Assembly (NCBI GenBank): GCA_965178125.1
Contig: OZ237764.1
Coordinates: forward strand, 186,001 to 250,000
Source: Bilabrum cf. latius
Lineage: Eukaryota
Direction: 5' to 3'
Length of the DNA: 64,000 nucleotides
The position numbers and the translations under genes are program-made. Below the pieces are notes generated by a model that had not been told where the DNA came from, made no database searches, and saw nothing but the letters and a program-made list of their open reading frames with translations. This document shows, in pieces, positions 39,401 to 51,868 of this stretch. Position 1 is the stretch's first letter; each line of letters opens with the position of its first letter.

Positions 39401-40035
39401 TGAAACGGAGACGCAAGCGTGCGCAGCGTACTTCAGCAGCATCGAGGGGCGCGAGTGCGCTAGCTCCCGTTGCCACTGCTGGTAGTCCGCGGCACCGTCT
39501 CCTGTTGTTTTCCTAGATGCGATCCATGCTTGACGCTGTGGAGGACCTGGTGCTTAGACGTGTCTTCCCTGCTTGCTCCTGGCTTCGGATTGACGGCAGC
39601 GTTCCAGGGTCCAGACGGGGGCAGCTTGCGCAGGCCTTCCAATCGGATCCTTCGGTTGACCTGATGCTGCTGACCACCTCGGTCGGTTCTCTGGGACTTA
39701 ACCTCTCTGCAGCGGACACGGTGATCATGCTAGACCATGACTGGAATCCCACTGTGGACCTGCAAGCTATGGACAGGGCGCACCGGATCGGGCAATAGAG
39801 GACCGTGCACGTGTTTCGTCTCATCTGCAAGGGTACTGTGGAGGAGGACGTGATGGCGCTGCAGAGGTTCAAGGCACAGGTGGCGAGGGCGGTGGTGAAC
39901 CAAGAGAACAGTGGAGGGGCGAGTGGCAGCGCAGGGGGTATAGCCGAAGCGATGGCAAGCAGACAGACCGCTCCCATTCGACAGAGAGCATCCAGCTCGA
40001 GGAGGTCTGGCCGAGATGACTCAGATGACGAATGA
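33435..40035 (+). CDS. BTAF1: Mot1/BTAF1 TBP-associated SNF2-family ATPase, ~2172 aa
   Basis: N-terminal HEAT region (LVSPRWQSRHGA, LDRFGDYSS...APVREAAA, SWHVRHGAWL); SNF2 core LADDMGLGKT, LIVCPASVVHHW, LDEGH, LSGTPVQN, LRRMK, RIDGS, GLNL, DWNP, QAMDRAHRIGQ. Intron 33493-33574. About 20 in-frame TAGs; TGA stop. Confidence 0.93.
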
Positions 40036-40156
40036 CGCAATCGGTCTGATCTGACACCATTCATGCCTTGGATCCAGATAGAGCACGCATCTCACAACCC
40101 CTGATCACCTTGCAGCTGCTAATGTAAATCAATCGACGACTCATATTCAACTCTAT

Positions 40157-43100
40157 TTATCGCTGCCTTGGCGTCCTGGCAGTAGCAGCCACCAGCTCGT
40201 GCTCCGTCGGCTCATCCTGACCCACGCCCTCCAGCAGCGGCAGTCCTAATGCACCCCTTCCTCCCGTCGATGTTCCTCCTTCCGGCTTAAGACTGGGAGG
40301 CTTGGCTAGCACCTGGCGCACGCCCGACTCCTTGGAGCCCTTGGAGCCTTTGGACCCCTTGGAACTCTTGGACCCCTTTGAAGCCTTCGAGGTCACTGAG
40401 CCCACCGAACCTCGCCGATACCTCGCCCGAGAAGGCAGATACAGGTGCTTGGCAGCAAGCCCCGCCGCTTTCTTCGCTGGGATGGCATGAAGCAGAGCGA
40501 CCGCTGCTCCCCCGCGCACCATCACTTCCCCTCCCCCTCCAAGCAGCGACCGCTTCCCGCCACTCACGTGCATGCCTGCGAGGCCGGCGTAAGGCGATGC
40601 CAGCCCGGCTTTGACCAGCCTGCGGGCCTCCTCGTCGTCTTCATCGTTGAAACCGATGCGAACCTCGCCTTCGCCCTGCTTGGAGTTGCCTTTCCCTGCC
40701 GACATGGCGGCGAGGGCCTCCGCGTCTGCAGCGCTGGCCACGCTGTGCCTACGCCTCGACACCGCGCTGCCTCGCCTCTGGGACTGGCCCGAGTGCAGCT
40801 GGGAGCGCGATCCCACGGACCGCATGGATCCCCGCCTGCTACCGCTAGCGCTAGCGTTACCAACGCTGCCCGCTGAACGGCCAGCGAGGGATCGGCCTCG
40901 GCTGTGCGAGTCGTCCACGGAGCCCCGTCGCTTGGAGGGGCCGTGTCCGATCAGTGCCGCAACGCCGACATTGGCTGCACCGGAGAGGCCGCGACCTTGA
41001 GTCGACTTCAAGGAGGAGCCTGATACCAGCGCTTGCGTGGTTGCGTCCCGCCTGGCCTTTTGCACTGGGTCCCCGAGGCTGATGAGCGAGCCAGCCGTCG
41101 AGTCGGAGTCCTCCCCAGCGTCCGCAGAGCCGAGCGAAGGCCCAACGACTGCTCCTCCATCGATCGCATCTTGGTTCTTGTGCTCCACTAACGTCTCCTT
41201 CCGTCTGTTGACTCGCAGCTGCCTCCTTTTGGCTCGTCGCTTCCTCCTCCTGATGGCCTCCTGCTCCTCCTGCCGCAGCTCCCGCGCCTCTTCGTACCTG
41301 GAACGAGCCTGCAGCACCACTTGCTTGAGCCCGGACTTGATCTCAAACTTAGACAGATCGATCGCGGTGTCTCTCTCACCCCCCGCTGCCTGCTAGGTGT
41401 CACCATGCGTGGTATCGCCTACGTCTCCGGACGCTCTCCGAGCAGATGTGTTACCCCTGTGCGATTTTTCGCCTCCTTGACCCAGACCGAGCGCTGCTTT
41501 GAGCATCCTCCGCCGCCGCACTGCAGAGACCACGAGGTCGAAAGAAACGCCCTGCGTGCTGGCAGCACCTCCCGCCGCCAGGTCTGCAAACAGTCGAGAC
41601 ACTGCGTTGCCGTCGTCGCCGGCCCCTGCCACTTCCCCGCCTTCGCCGGTCTCACCATCCGCACCTGTGCCTGACCCGTCTTGGGCTGCCCCCCCTGCCA
41701 ATGTGCCGCCCGTGTTGACAATTGCCCCTCGTGCGGCAGCTTCCTACTCCCTTCTCAGCTTGAGCAGCTGCTCCTGCTTGGTTGCTGTGATCTTCTTCCA
41801 CGCGTTGCGCAGCGCAAACCGCTGCGCAGCCGTGAGGCCAGCCTCTGGATGGGACGATGCCGATCGCAGCTCCCCGGGTGCCACCACCAGACCATCAAGC
41901 GCACTCTTCGGCGCCCGGCGCCTTGCATCCTCTGCCTGCTACCGAACGCTAGCTTTCTTCGAAGCCCCACCGTGGCTTTCTCTGTTGCCCAACCTCCGCT
42001 TCTCGGCAATCTCGGCAGACTGCGCCAGCATGCGGAGACCCTCCCTCCCGCGAATCGATTTTGACCTGGCCTTGCCTCGCCTATTGCCAAGCATGCTCGA
42101 CTCGGGGTCTTGACCCTCCCGCCCTGGTCGCAGGTCGAACCGCGGAAACACGTAGTCACCCACGCGCAGCACGTCAGGCTCCTTGTATCCGCCGTTGCTG
42201 GGCCTCTTCCTCGCACGCTTCTTGGGCTTGGACCGCTCGGCAGCGGCGAGCGCCTTGTTGTGCTGGATGACAACCTCGTCGACCTGTATGCCGGCCGAGG
42301 ACTAGGGAGCTCGCACTGGGCGGCCCACCTGCGCCTTGCGTGCCGCCCTCAGAACGTCGGCGGCGCTACCTCCTCCAGTCCTGCCGGCCGACCGCTCCGC
42401 TGCCTCTAGCCCCTGCAACGCCTGCGCCATTAGTCTCTCACCCGCCCTGCTGCTGAACGCGCCGCTGTCTGACAAAATTTGCCGCACGGCCCCGCGGGCC
42501 TGGCGAGCCGTCATGGCTCGGCCCGACGTCTTGCGCACGGGGGAGAGGGCCAGGTCGAGACGAGCTGGAGCAGAGCTGCCTCCCTGCACGCCAGCACGCC
42601 TGCCTGCAGGACTAGCCATCGTGGGCCCCCGGGGGGACTGCGCCTCAGCAATAACTACGGTGCGCCGCGTCTCGCCCTCTACAGGGGACTCGGCGCGCGC
42701 TGGGGCCTGCGCTTCCCCCTGCTGTTTCGGTCCTTGTTGGGATCGGGGCCTCGCCTACTCTTCGCCTCCCGTCGTGTCAGACTGGCGCAAGGCAGCAGCG
42801 CGCACGAACCCAACAGACCTGGGCGGCGGGGCGACCTTCTTGATGCCTGCACCGCCGAGCCCGACTTGAGTTGGAACCTGGGCCCGTGTATCGGGCTACT
42901 CATGGCCTCCAGTGGTACCGCCAGCACCAAGTGCCATCTACGTAGCGCCACGGTGTCCCGGCTTTGGGGTAAAGAGCCTGGCGCGAGGTCGGGGAACCGG
43001 TCTGCGGAGCGGCCGCCTGCCGTGGTGCCGGACCAGATTGCGAGCAGCGGCGCGCAGATCGGCACCACCGTCAATCTCCCGCGCCACGCGGCCCTTCGCC

Positions 43101-46100
43101 TTGCGAACCTTGACTTGGTGCTTCCGAGATGCTAGCACCATCTTGCCCAGAGACCTGGCACGCTGTGCGCTCTGCAGTTCCTCTCGCCTCAGATGCAAGC
43201 CCTCAAGGGCCGCGTCACCGCCGCCTGCCGATGCGTCCGTCTGCTTCGTGACGGCTGTGATACGCGAGTACCCGCCACTGCTCGTCGCAGTCAACCTAGT
43301 GTTGCCAGTCCTCGGCCTGGAGCTGGCCCTGCTTGAGAATGGCCTGCCGCGCCGCGTGCCGCCAGGAGTGATCGGCCGACGGCTTCTGGCGCGGGCCTGC
43401 ATGGCCTCCGCAGCTGCCTAGACGTGGACAGGGTCCGGCTACTATCCTTCACCGCTCCCCTGTTCCTACCCTAGGACGATAGCGAATGCCCCTGGAAATA
43501 AGGTACCGAGGGTTCCAGCCTGCGCGGTCTCATGGGTCTGCTGCAGCCCTTTGTTAAAGGCAGCCGATGCCGCGGCAGCATTCGTCTGTTTGCTCTTCCG
43601 TAGGAAGCTGCCGTACGTGCCTATGCCTCGAATGCCACCATCCAATGTGCGGAAGTGGAACGCAGTGGAGGAGCGAGGGTGTCGCCTCGGCAGGTCGTGT
43701 CGAGAAGCGCCTGCCGTACCACCCTGCACCGAACTGCCGGTTGCATCGTCCGCAACCATTGCCTGCTCCGGACTACCGTCAGCAGCGCCATCATGATGCA
43801 CTGAACCTTCTATCCCTTCACCCGAATCGCCCGAACCCTCCGCGGTCTCGGCGGCCGTTGAAGTTGGGGACAGCTGCTGCACCGGTGCAGAGCCGCCAGC
43901 GTCCTCTGCGCCCATGTCACCGGTTGTGCCGTGCACCTTACCACTCCCTGCGTCCATTTGATCTGCACTGGACCCCGCCACCCGCTCCGCCTCATCCTTC
44001 AGGGCACCAAGCCCGACAAACAGGTCCACATCACCTGCGGTTCCCCTCGTCGTCCCGCCACCCAGCGCTCCCGGCATGCTCGACCGCCGCAGGGACCTTG
44101 CATTTGCGAGGGCAGGTGAGGGTCCCTTCTGGACCGATGCTTTGCTCACTGCGCGCTCCTTTGGCGCCATGGGCACGTGCTTCAGGAACTTGCGGGAGCC
44201 AGCCTCCGCCGCGGTCGGCGTGAATGGTATCCTGCTGTGGGAGCTGCTCGACGCCAGCCGCATCTCACGGAGAAGCGGGTGGACGTCCATGCTGGCCGAC
44301 CCCCGGGAGTGACCAGCACTGGCACCCTCTGGCTACAGGGCGCGTGTGGCGTCGGCGGGCGGTGTAGAGAACCCGTCGCCCATCCCTATGGTAGCGCGCC
44401 TGGGTCTGCCCGGCTTCTTTGGGCCATCACCCTATCCCGAATCACCGGCGGGCGGTGGCACCAGCCGGCGCGTCGGAGATGCAAGGGCGATCGGAGCAGC
44501 GGGTGGGGGCGGCGGCTTGGTGGTGCGTCCCTGCCGCAGCCGTTCCGCATCCAATAGTGCGGAATCAGGCCGGTCGTCTTCGGGTCGCTTGCTGATGTAC
44601 ATGTCGGGGGAGTCTGCACGGTCCTTTTGTTCTGGTGCCATCGTCTTGTGAAGCATCTGTGAGGACGTCTCGCTGCTGCCTGGCCGGGCCGGTGGTGCCG
44701 GTGCCCTCGTCTTCCTGCCTCCGCTGGGGGGTGCTGGGCGACTGGGTGGTTTAGGTCTGGAGGGAGGCTTGGGGCTCGATACTCTGGCTAATGAGGGCAC
44801 CTCGCCTAGTATCACTGGTGCTGGCCCAGGCCCAGCGGTAGCAGCTGCAGACGAGGCAGTGCCTGCCTGGCTGCTTGCTGGCCGTGCAGCTGCAGTGGAG
44901 GGTAGGAACCGTCGGCGCGTTGGTGTCAGCGGCGGGGGGCGATCCGATGATGCAGGCGAAGCATTCTGCCCATGCTGCTGAAAGCCCATCTTGCTTGGTC
45001 CGCTGGGCCCGCCTCGGCTCCCAGTGTCTCTAGAAGAAAACGAGAAACGGCTGCGCGACTGTCCGCTCTGCTGCAGTACAGCAGCTGTGGTGGCAGGCTG
45101 GGCTCGCCAGCCGGCCAGCCCGGCTTGCAGGTGGCCTCTCGAGGACCTGCTCTCTGCTGCAACATGGGACTGGGCTGCCGTCGTGATGGCGGCCCCCGAC
45201 GGCCTCTTGTGCTTGCCCGGCGAGGAGCGGGTGGACGGGAGGTCAGGCATCACCACGTCCTTGCCCAACTTGTTGCTCAGCCGACGGCTCATCCTCCTCT
45301 GTCGCATGGCTTGCCTCTCCTCGATGCTGAGCGGCTGCATGCGGCTGAACCGACGGGCGATCTCCGAGCGGCGCACAGAATCGGTTGCCACCACGCCATC
45401 GCCCTCTTCCTGCTCGGCCTCCCCCCGACGCGCCCCTCCGAGTCCTGCCACGCTGACTCCTCCGATTGATACCCTGCGGCCCGAGGTGCTGGGCCTGCGA
45501 CCCACACCTTGAGAGGCGCGGCGGCCCTTCGTGGCTTCAGGGCCTCCCGCCGAGGCTACGGAGTTGCGCCGCTTCACCGCGGCCGCCTGCCTCTCCTTCT
45601 CCCGCTGACGCGCCTCTGCCGCTGCCTGCGCCGCCGCTGCAGCTGCACCTGAAGAGTCCGTAAGGAGGGTTAGAAATTCCCTGAAATCCAGCTCGCCGGA
45701 CCCGTCGGCATCCACCGAGCTCATCAGTGCCTTTACCTCGCCTTCGCTGTCCGCGAGGCCGACCGAGACCAGCGGCTCGAGCAGTTCGTCGATGCCGATC
45801 GTGCCGCCACCGTCTGCATCCAGCGCCTCGAACCACCGCTTCAGAAGCACAAGGTTGCGGCCCAGTCGATCAACCTCAGCGTGCCTACCGTGGGTGGAGA
45901 GCCAGCGCCTGAATGCGAACGAGTCATCGATCGTGCCGACCCGGAATCGCAGCGGCAGCGGCTCCTCCTCCTCCTCTTCCTCGTCGTCGCTAGAACTATC
46001 ACCACCGTTGGCCCCATCATGCTCGCCGTCGTCGCTGTTTCCACTGCCCAGCCCGCGCAGGCCTCTCCGCAGGTACTCCCTGTTGCTCGCTTCGCCACCA

Positions 46101-47395
46101 TCACCGCTAGCATCGCTCTCCTCTCCCTCGGACAGGGTGTCTCCCGTGGAGCGCGAGCCAGCGTCCGAGTCCTTATCACCGTCACCGTCATGGCCATGGC
46201 CAACATCCCCGCCGTCGGTGTCCTGCGAGTCCCATGCGACGGGCTAGCCGTCCGCATGCACCGCTGACTGCCCCGCGATCGCAGCCCCGGCCGGGTCCAT
46301 CAGGGGCACATCTCGGAGGCCTGTAGACCGCCCATCCCACCCGCTGCCCCCATCGTGTTCCTCGTCCTCGTCCTCGCCCGGCTGCCTGACGTATTTCTTC
46401 CCGCTGGGTTTGGGCACGCCCACCAGCGCCGTTCTGAGGAACCTGCGCATGATGCGTCTCTGCTCCGCCGTGACCCTAGCCTGGCTGGAGTTGCGGGCGG
46501 ATGATCCACCGTGCCCTCGTGCTGAATCTGCCCTTGTGTCTGCACCTGCAAGGTCCGGGGGCAGCTGCAGCACCACCCCGGCACCGGGCACCACCCGCTG
46601 CCCGGCCCCCTCAGCATTGCTCGCAGGTGACTCGGAGCCATTCGAGCCAAGCACTGCGCTCCCTGAGGCTGATACACCAGTGACACCATCGGGACTAGAA
46701 AGCAGCGGGGCCACACCGCCCGCCTTGGCTGGGTGCGACCACCCGGCCCCTTGCGACCCTCCTCCGGCGGCGACTGCTGCGAGCAGCAGCTGAGCTGTCT
46801 GCTGCAGCTGGGCCCGGCGCCGTCTTCGATCTCGAACCTCTTTCTTATCAAATACAAATGGCATCTCTTTGCTTGCGTCGAAATCCGTGGCTGCTTCAAA
46901 GCCTAGCCGGGGTGTGGTGGTCGGGGTCTGTCCGCCGCCCAGTGCTCGACCAGCGATAGTGCCCAACTCTGTGGATCGCTGATTCGTTGCAAGCAAGATT
47001 CTATCCTCAGCTGCCAATGATGCGAGTGAATCCTCGCTATCCCGCCTCTCCTGTCTTCGGTATGGGATATCTCGGTCCAAGTGCATGCCTTCCTCAACTG
47101 CAGCAAATACCCTGTCCCTGCCCGCTGGCGGTGGAGACTTTCCAGGGACAGTACCAAGTGATTTCGCGTGAAATTGGCGTTGAACCAGTCTCTCTTGGCG
47201 TCGCGCGGTTTGAACCGATATTGAAGCGTCTACAGCCTCTAATACCGCCTGAAGCCTCGGCGAAGCCAGTGGGGTACGTTCCTAGTCCTGTTCCTTTTCG
47301 AACTTCCGGCCAGTTGACCGCAGTCCTGGCACAAAATTGCCATTCTTTCGTATTGGCCTTTCGAGTAGTTCTCTTGGCGGACGACGCATCGCCAT
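40157..47395 (-). CDS. Large low-complexity protein with one EF-hand pair, ~2412 aa
   Basis: Eight track ORFs share a frame joined by about 14 TAGs. EF-hands DADGGGTIGIDE and DADGSGELDFREF at ~45670-45825. ATG 47395, TAA 40157-40159. Confidence 0.78.
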
Positions 47396-47515
47396 GGATG
47401 CCAACAGGTAATGTGCTGTCCGTTGCCGATCGGGGCCCACACGGTTCCGGTTTTCTAGGCGCCGGAGCGGTTCGGGTCGTCACGATTATACCCGAAAACC
47501 AGATCGACAATAGGT

Positions 47516-48425
47516 ATGAGTGCAACTGAACGATCAATAAGGTAGCAAATCATTACACCTGATGCCAAAGCTGGAAAGTAGGGCCATACAACGGACTCCG
47601 TTCGGCTTGCGAATGGTGTTGACGTGTCGGCCTGCTAGCTCTGGCCGGCCTTTTTAGAGATGCTCGATGCTGTGGAACGATTCTAGTACAAGCGGTTTGC
47701 AGATTGTGTCAACGATGAGTTCGGGACCGTAGATTTTGATCCGTTCACAGGTGAGTATTCACAGGCCAACCTACGCAGGTTGGTACACTCCCGCATATAC
47801 GTGTACAACATGCGATGTGCTCATTTGGAACCGCAGGAGCGAATAATATTATGAATGATATGGACGACTGGCACACATTTTACAAGAATGCCATCAAGAG
47901 TGCCAATGCCCTCGATGTGAGAAGGCTGTCATGTGCATGCGGGGAATCGTCGCCTCCTTCTATTTGTGATGCCAATCCAAGCCCCCGAGTCTCCCACTTG
48001 CAATTATGCAGCTTACATGTTGGCTAGAAGTGTAGCGATTCAATGAGAAGCTGAGCGATGATGCCAGCATGGGCTACGTGGAAGTCCAGTTCATTCAGCA
48101 CATGATCACGCCGGACGGGACCGTCCTGCACTAGTGGGATGCGGTTGCAACCGTGGTGTTCGTGTGGGACGAGGCGAAGAAGCGCTACATTGAGCTGCGA
48201 TGGCACGCGAGCCTTCGCGGAGACGCCGCGGGCAGCGGGAAGCTCGCGACTGTGCTGGCCCGTGCGGCGTGCGGCAAGGCTGGGGCACTCGTGATGCTCG
48301 TGCTCGCGTGTCTTGTGGCTCTGCTTGCGGTGCTGATCGCGAAGGACATCGTGCCTGATTATGGCGCGAAAGAGCTGGCAAGCTCAGCCTGGCAAATGGC
48401 AGCCAAGCCATTGGGGTGGGCCTGA
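47516..48425 (+). CDS. SnoaL/NTF2-like domain protein with C-terminal transmembrane helix, ~242 aa
   Basis: ATG 47516; introns 47751-47836 and 47917-48011; 6 in-frame TAGs. NTF2-like C-terminal strands ATVVFVWDEAKKRYIELRWHAS and TM ALVMLVLACLVALLAVLIA. TGA stop. Confidence 0.65.
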
Positions 48426-48649
48426 CGTGGCTGATGGATCGATGAGTGGATTCATCAGCCCCAGCCACCATGCAGCGGAAAGGTACTAGAGTGGGGAATC
48501 TCCGCCGCCCTGCTCGTCGACAAGATGACCTAGAATTCAGTTTGCATGGCGCTGCTGTGTGGTTTGTCGCATGCATAGATCTACTTGACTTTGCTGTACG
48601 AAGAGGGCCGACTGTTCTCGAAAAAAGCTAACCTCTGCGTGCCGTTTGC

Positions 48650-51600
48650 TTACAGCCCCATGTCATCCTCATCCTCCTCGTCAGTGGTGCGCCCAGATCC
48701 GAACTGAAACCCGCCAGCATGGCTGGACATCCGGCTGGACTCACGTACAAGCGCACCGGGACCTGTCAGGTCACCGTCCAGCCCAGGGCCGTGAAGGTCA
48801 CCGTGGCCATGGTCAGTCTTGGCCCCGCTGGCACCTGCATCAGCGTACATGGCGCCCCGCTGCAGGCTGCCCCGACGCCCATCCACTCCCATTTCCGCCG
48901 GCATGTGCATGGACCCGTGCATCAGCATTCGGCGAAGATCACCACCACCCCCCTGCGTATCTCTGTCCCCCGCCCGGAATGACTCTGCAGCCATGCTAGC
49001 CCCGAGTCCAAGTGCGAGACCACCGGTGTGCGACTGCGACTGCTGTGAGGGCGAGCGCGAGTGTGAACGGCCCGGGCTGTGAGTGTGAGGGCCGCTGCCG
49101 GAGCCACCCAGACCAATAGCCAGGTCATCATCTGCCGAAGAGAAGCCCATCCGCCCGCCATCGGCACCCCTGTCTCCACCCATTCGCATGGGAATGGCTT
49201 GCACAGCGTGCCTCCAATTCCCCGAGGCGCGGGCCAGGGAGGCAGCCGGGGTGCCGCCGTGGTACATGCTGCCGCTCATGTGACTTCCGCCTTCCGATTC
49301 CGAGTCGTTGCCCGTGGAGAACACATTGCGGGCCCTGCCAGGCCCCGCAGGCATGCCGTACGCCAGTGCGAGCTCGGGGCCCAGGTTCAGCGGCGCCCCA
49401 CCCATGCCATCGCTCTCGGCGCTGTGCGAGGGGGCGTGGGAATAGCCAGCGCCCGTGTCTGCCTGGTCAGGCGCACCTCCATCCCTGGTTGATCCAGCAC
49501 CGGGTGCAGCCTTGCTGCCTCCTTCGCCCTAGCCTTTGCCCAGCCTAGATTTGGTCCTGCCACGTGGCGCGCCTGCTCCGGCCCTGCCTTGCCCTCCTGT
49601 CTGCCCCCCTGGTTGCACAGGGGACTCGCGCTGCAGCCGTCCCGTGCTGTCTCGGGGCGGCACCCGCACGATCCTGGGCGGTGACTTGAACTGGCCTCCC
49701 ACTCCAGGAGATACGGGAGGCTGGTGGCTGCTGGACACCGAATCCAGGCCATTCGAGTAGAGCGAGTCGGAGCGTCCCCCCATCACTGGATCGCCTCTGC
49801 CCCCATTTGCGTACAGATGAGCAGCGTCTCCAGCACCCGCTTGTCCACCGGTGGTGTCAAGGTCGTCGTGGCCAAAGCTTCGCAGCGTGTGGCGTCGGCT
49901 CGCCGATCGGTCCCCACCCGTGGCGCCACCACCCAATCTACTCTGGCTATGCATCATCCTCTGCCGCTAGGAATCAGACACTCGGCTAGATTGACGCGTG
50001 TACAAGCCACGGCTCGAGGGCGACGGCAATTGGCTGCTGCCACCCCTCTAGAGTGCCGCGGCACTGCCTGCCCTCGAGCCTGGGTTGCCCCCACCCCCCA
50101 GCACGAGTCCTGAGCTCGATTGCGCATGCAGAGACACCTGCCGCTCCTGTCGCAGCTGCTTTCCCTAGACCAATTCATTCCGGTAGGCATGATCTGCGAG
50201 TAACGCCTTCCGCGCGCCTCCTGCCTCTGCTATCTCGCTCGGAGACAGCTCCTCATCAGAGAGCGCATCGCCCCCTGGCAGCACGCAACATGGAAAGAGC
50301 CTGCTTGCGATGAACCTCGCCTCCGCCCTAATCTAGGAGTTCACTGTGATCACCATCGCGAAGATGAGGGCCCCTTGCAGCGGGGCGAGCAGCCCACATA
50401 TGTAGCCGAACGGCACCAGCTTGACCGGTAAGTCCTCTGTCAGTACACCCCTGTCGGTCACGGGCTTGTTTCTATGCGGACTAGGGTCCACGACGAGAGA
50501 GGCGATCCGGAGCGAGATGGGCCCAAGGACGGTCAGAAGGTAGGCTCCTGGATACACGGCCATGGCTAGCAGCCGAGCAGGACAGGCGCAGTGGCAGCAC
50601 GACGGTTCTTTTGGAGTGGTGGTGACAGGGCGGGCGGCTGCACGGGCCTGCTGTAGCGAGGGCAGTGCAGCCGGTCCGGTGCCCCCCTGCCAGCGACTGT
50701 CGTCCCATTGGTCACGCGATCTGACGGTGGAAGTGTGCGAGGCACTTTTCTATCGCTTGTCCGGCAGTCGGTTGCCCGTTGGAGCGGTCCCGATCCCGGT
50801 GCCGCCTCCTCCGAGTCCCTGGTCCTGGTCTGGCAATGGCAGCTGCGCGAGCCTCGCCTGCCTGCGGACCGCCAGTCTGCCGCTCTAGTGCAGCACCATT
50901 CCGAATACCACCGCGATGTACAGAAACGCCAGCGCACGAGGGATGTATAGGATGAGTATCGAGTTCGCGTGACCGAGCTCCTCATCGTACCAGCACCAAG
51001 AGGTTTGGTATACCTGCGGCGAGGTGGAGGGCGAGGGGGGGGGGGGGGACCGAGAGAGAGGTCCAACACACTGTTAGGATCGTTGAGGCATGATAACAGG
51101 ATATTGACTGTGCCCTTGGCAAGTGCTTGCGTTCGCGCGTCCAATATTCTCACCGTGTCGGCCTGAATGCAATGCAACAAGATGCACACCGCGATCCCAG
51201 GGACCCACGCAACGTGATAGTAGTAGTAGCGATACTGGGTGAACCTGCGAGGCCAAACGTATGCACATGCTGCCAAGTAGCGGGGGTACAGCCACCCAAA
51301 TCTAATATGCAAGCTCTTGCTGCATCATTGTTCAATGGTGTCCTCCTCACCTGCCGAAGAACTCTTTCTTATAGAAGTAGGCCCACCACAACAATTCGGT
51401 TGCGAGTATAACAGACCATGCACCTGAGCAAATAGGAGCAAATGCCAGCAACCGCGCCTGCCAGATGCAAGCGTCTGAGCTTGGCCCATTCCCAGCAACA
51501 CCAAAACTAAGCGACCACGATATACCAACCAGCATGTCGCTAAACGTGAGAAACGCAAGAAGAACAGTAAAACTGAACTTCAAACTTTCAATCTTTTGCG

Positions 51601-51751
51601 ATTGGCTAGATGTTGCGGTCACCAATGGCCTACCGTTACGAATAGTCCCTGACAAGAAAAGCACAAGAAACGTCGCGCAGCAAACAGTGGAAATCAACCC
51701 TGCAAAAGCTCCCAAGTAGCCTACATGCACCCATTCTGACAAATTAGGCAT
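48650..51751 (-). CDS. 7-TM G-protein-coupled receptor-like protein (cAMP receptor/GCR1-like) with long C-terminal tail, ~951 aa
   Basis: TM1 GAFAGLISTVCCATFLVLF, TM2 LLAFLTFSDMLVGI, ACIWQARLL, YYYHVAWVPG, loop WCW, YIP, TM6 AVYPGAYL, TM7 LAPLQG. Introns 51245-51350 and 51014-51153. About 7 in-frame TAGs; TAA stop 48650-48652. Confidence 0.8.
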
Positions 51752-51868
51752 TGGCTTAGCTTGGTTACTCGTGACTTCCCATGAAAAGTAGCCACCGCTG
51801 GTGTTTTGCCGTAGACTAGGCTCCAAAGCGAAGGTTCTTTGGAGACGTCACGGTAATCCCAAGATAAA

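Noticed and set aside
38014-39798. TAG as Glu, Leu, Tyr or pyrrolysine
   Set aside because: The most conserved TAG positions are canonical Gln. Only weaker sites (12682, 52028) align with Glu, and no pyrrolysine context is present.
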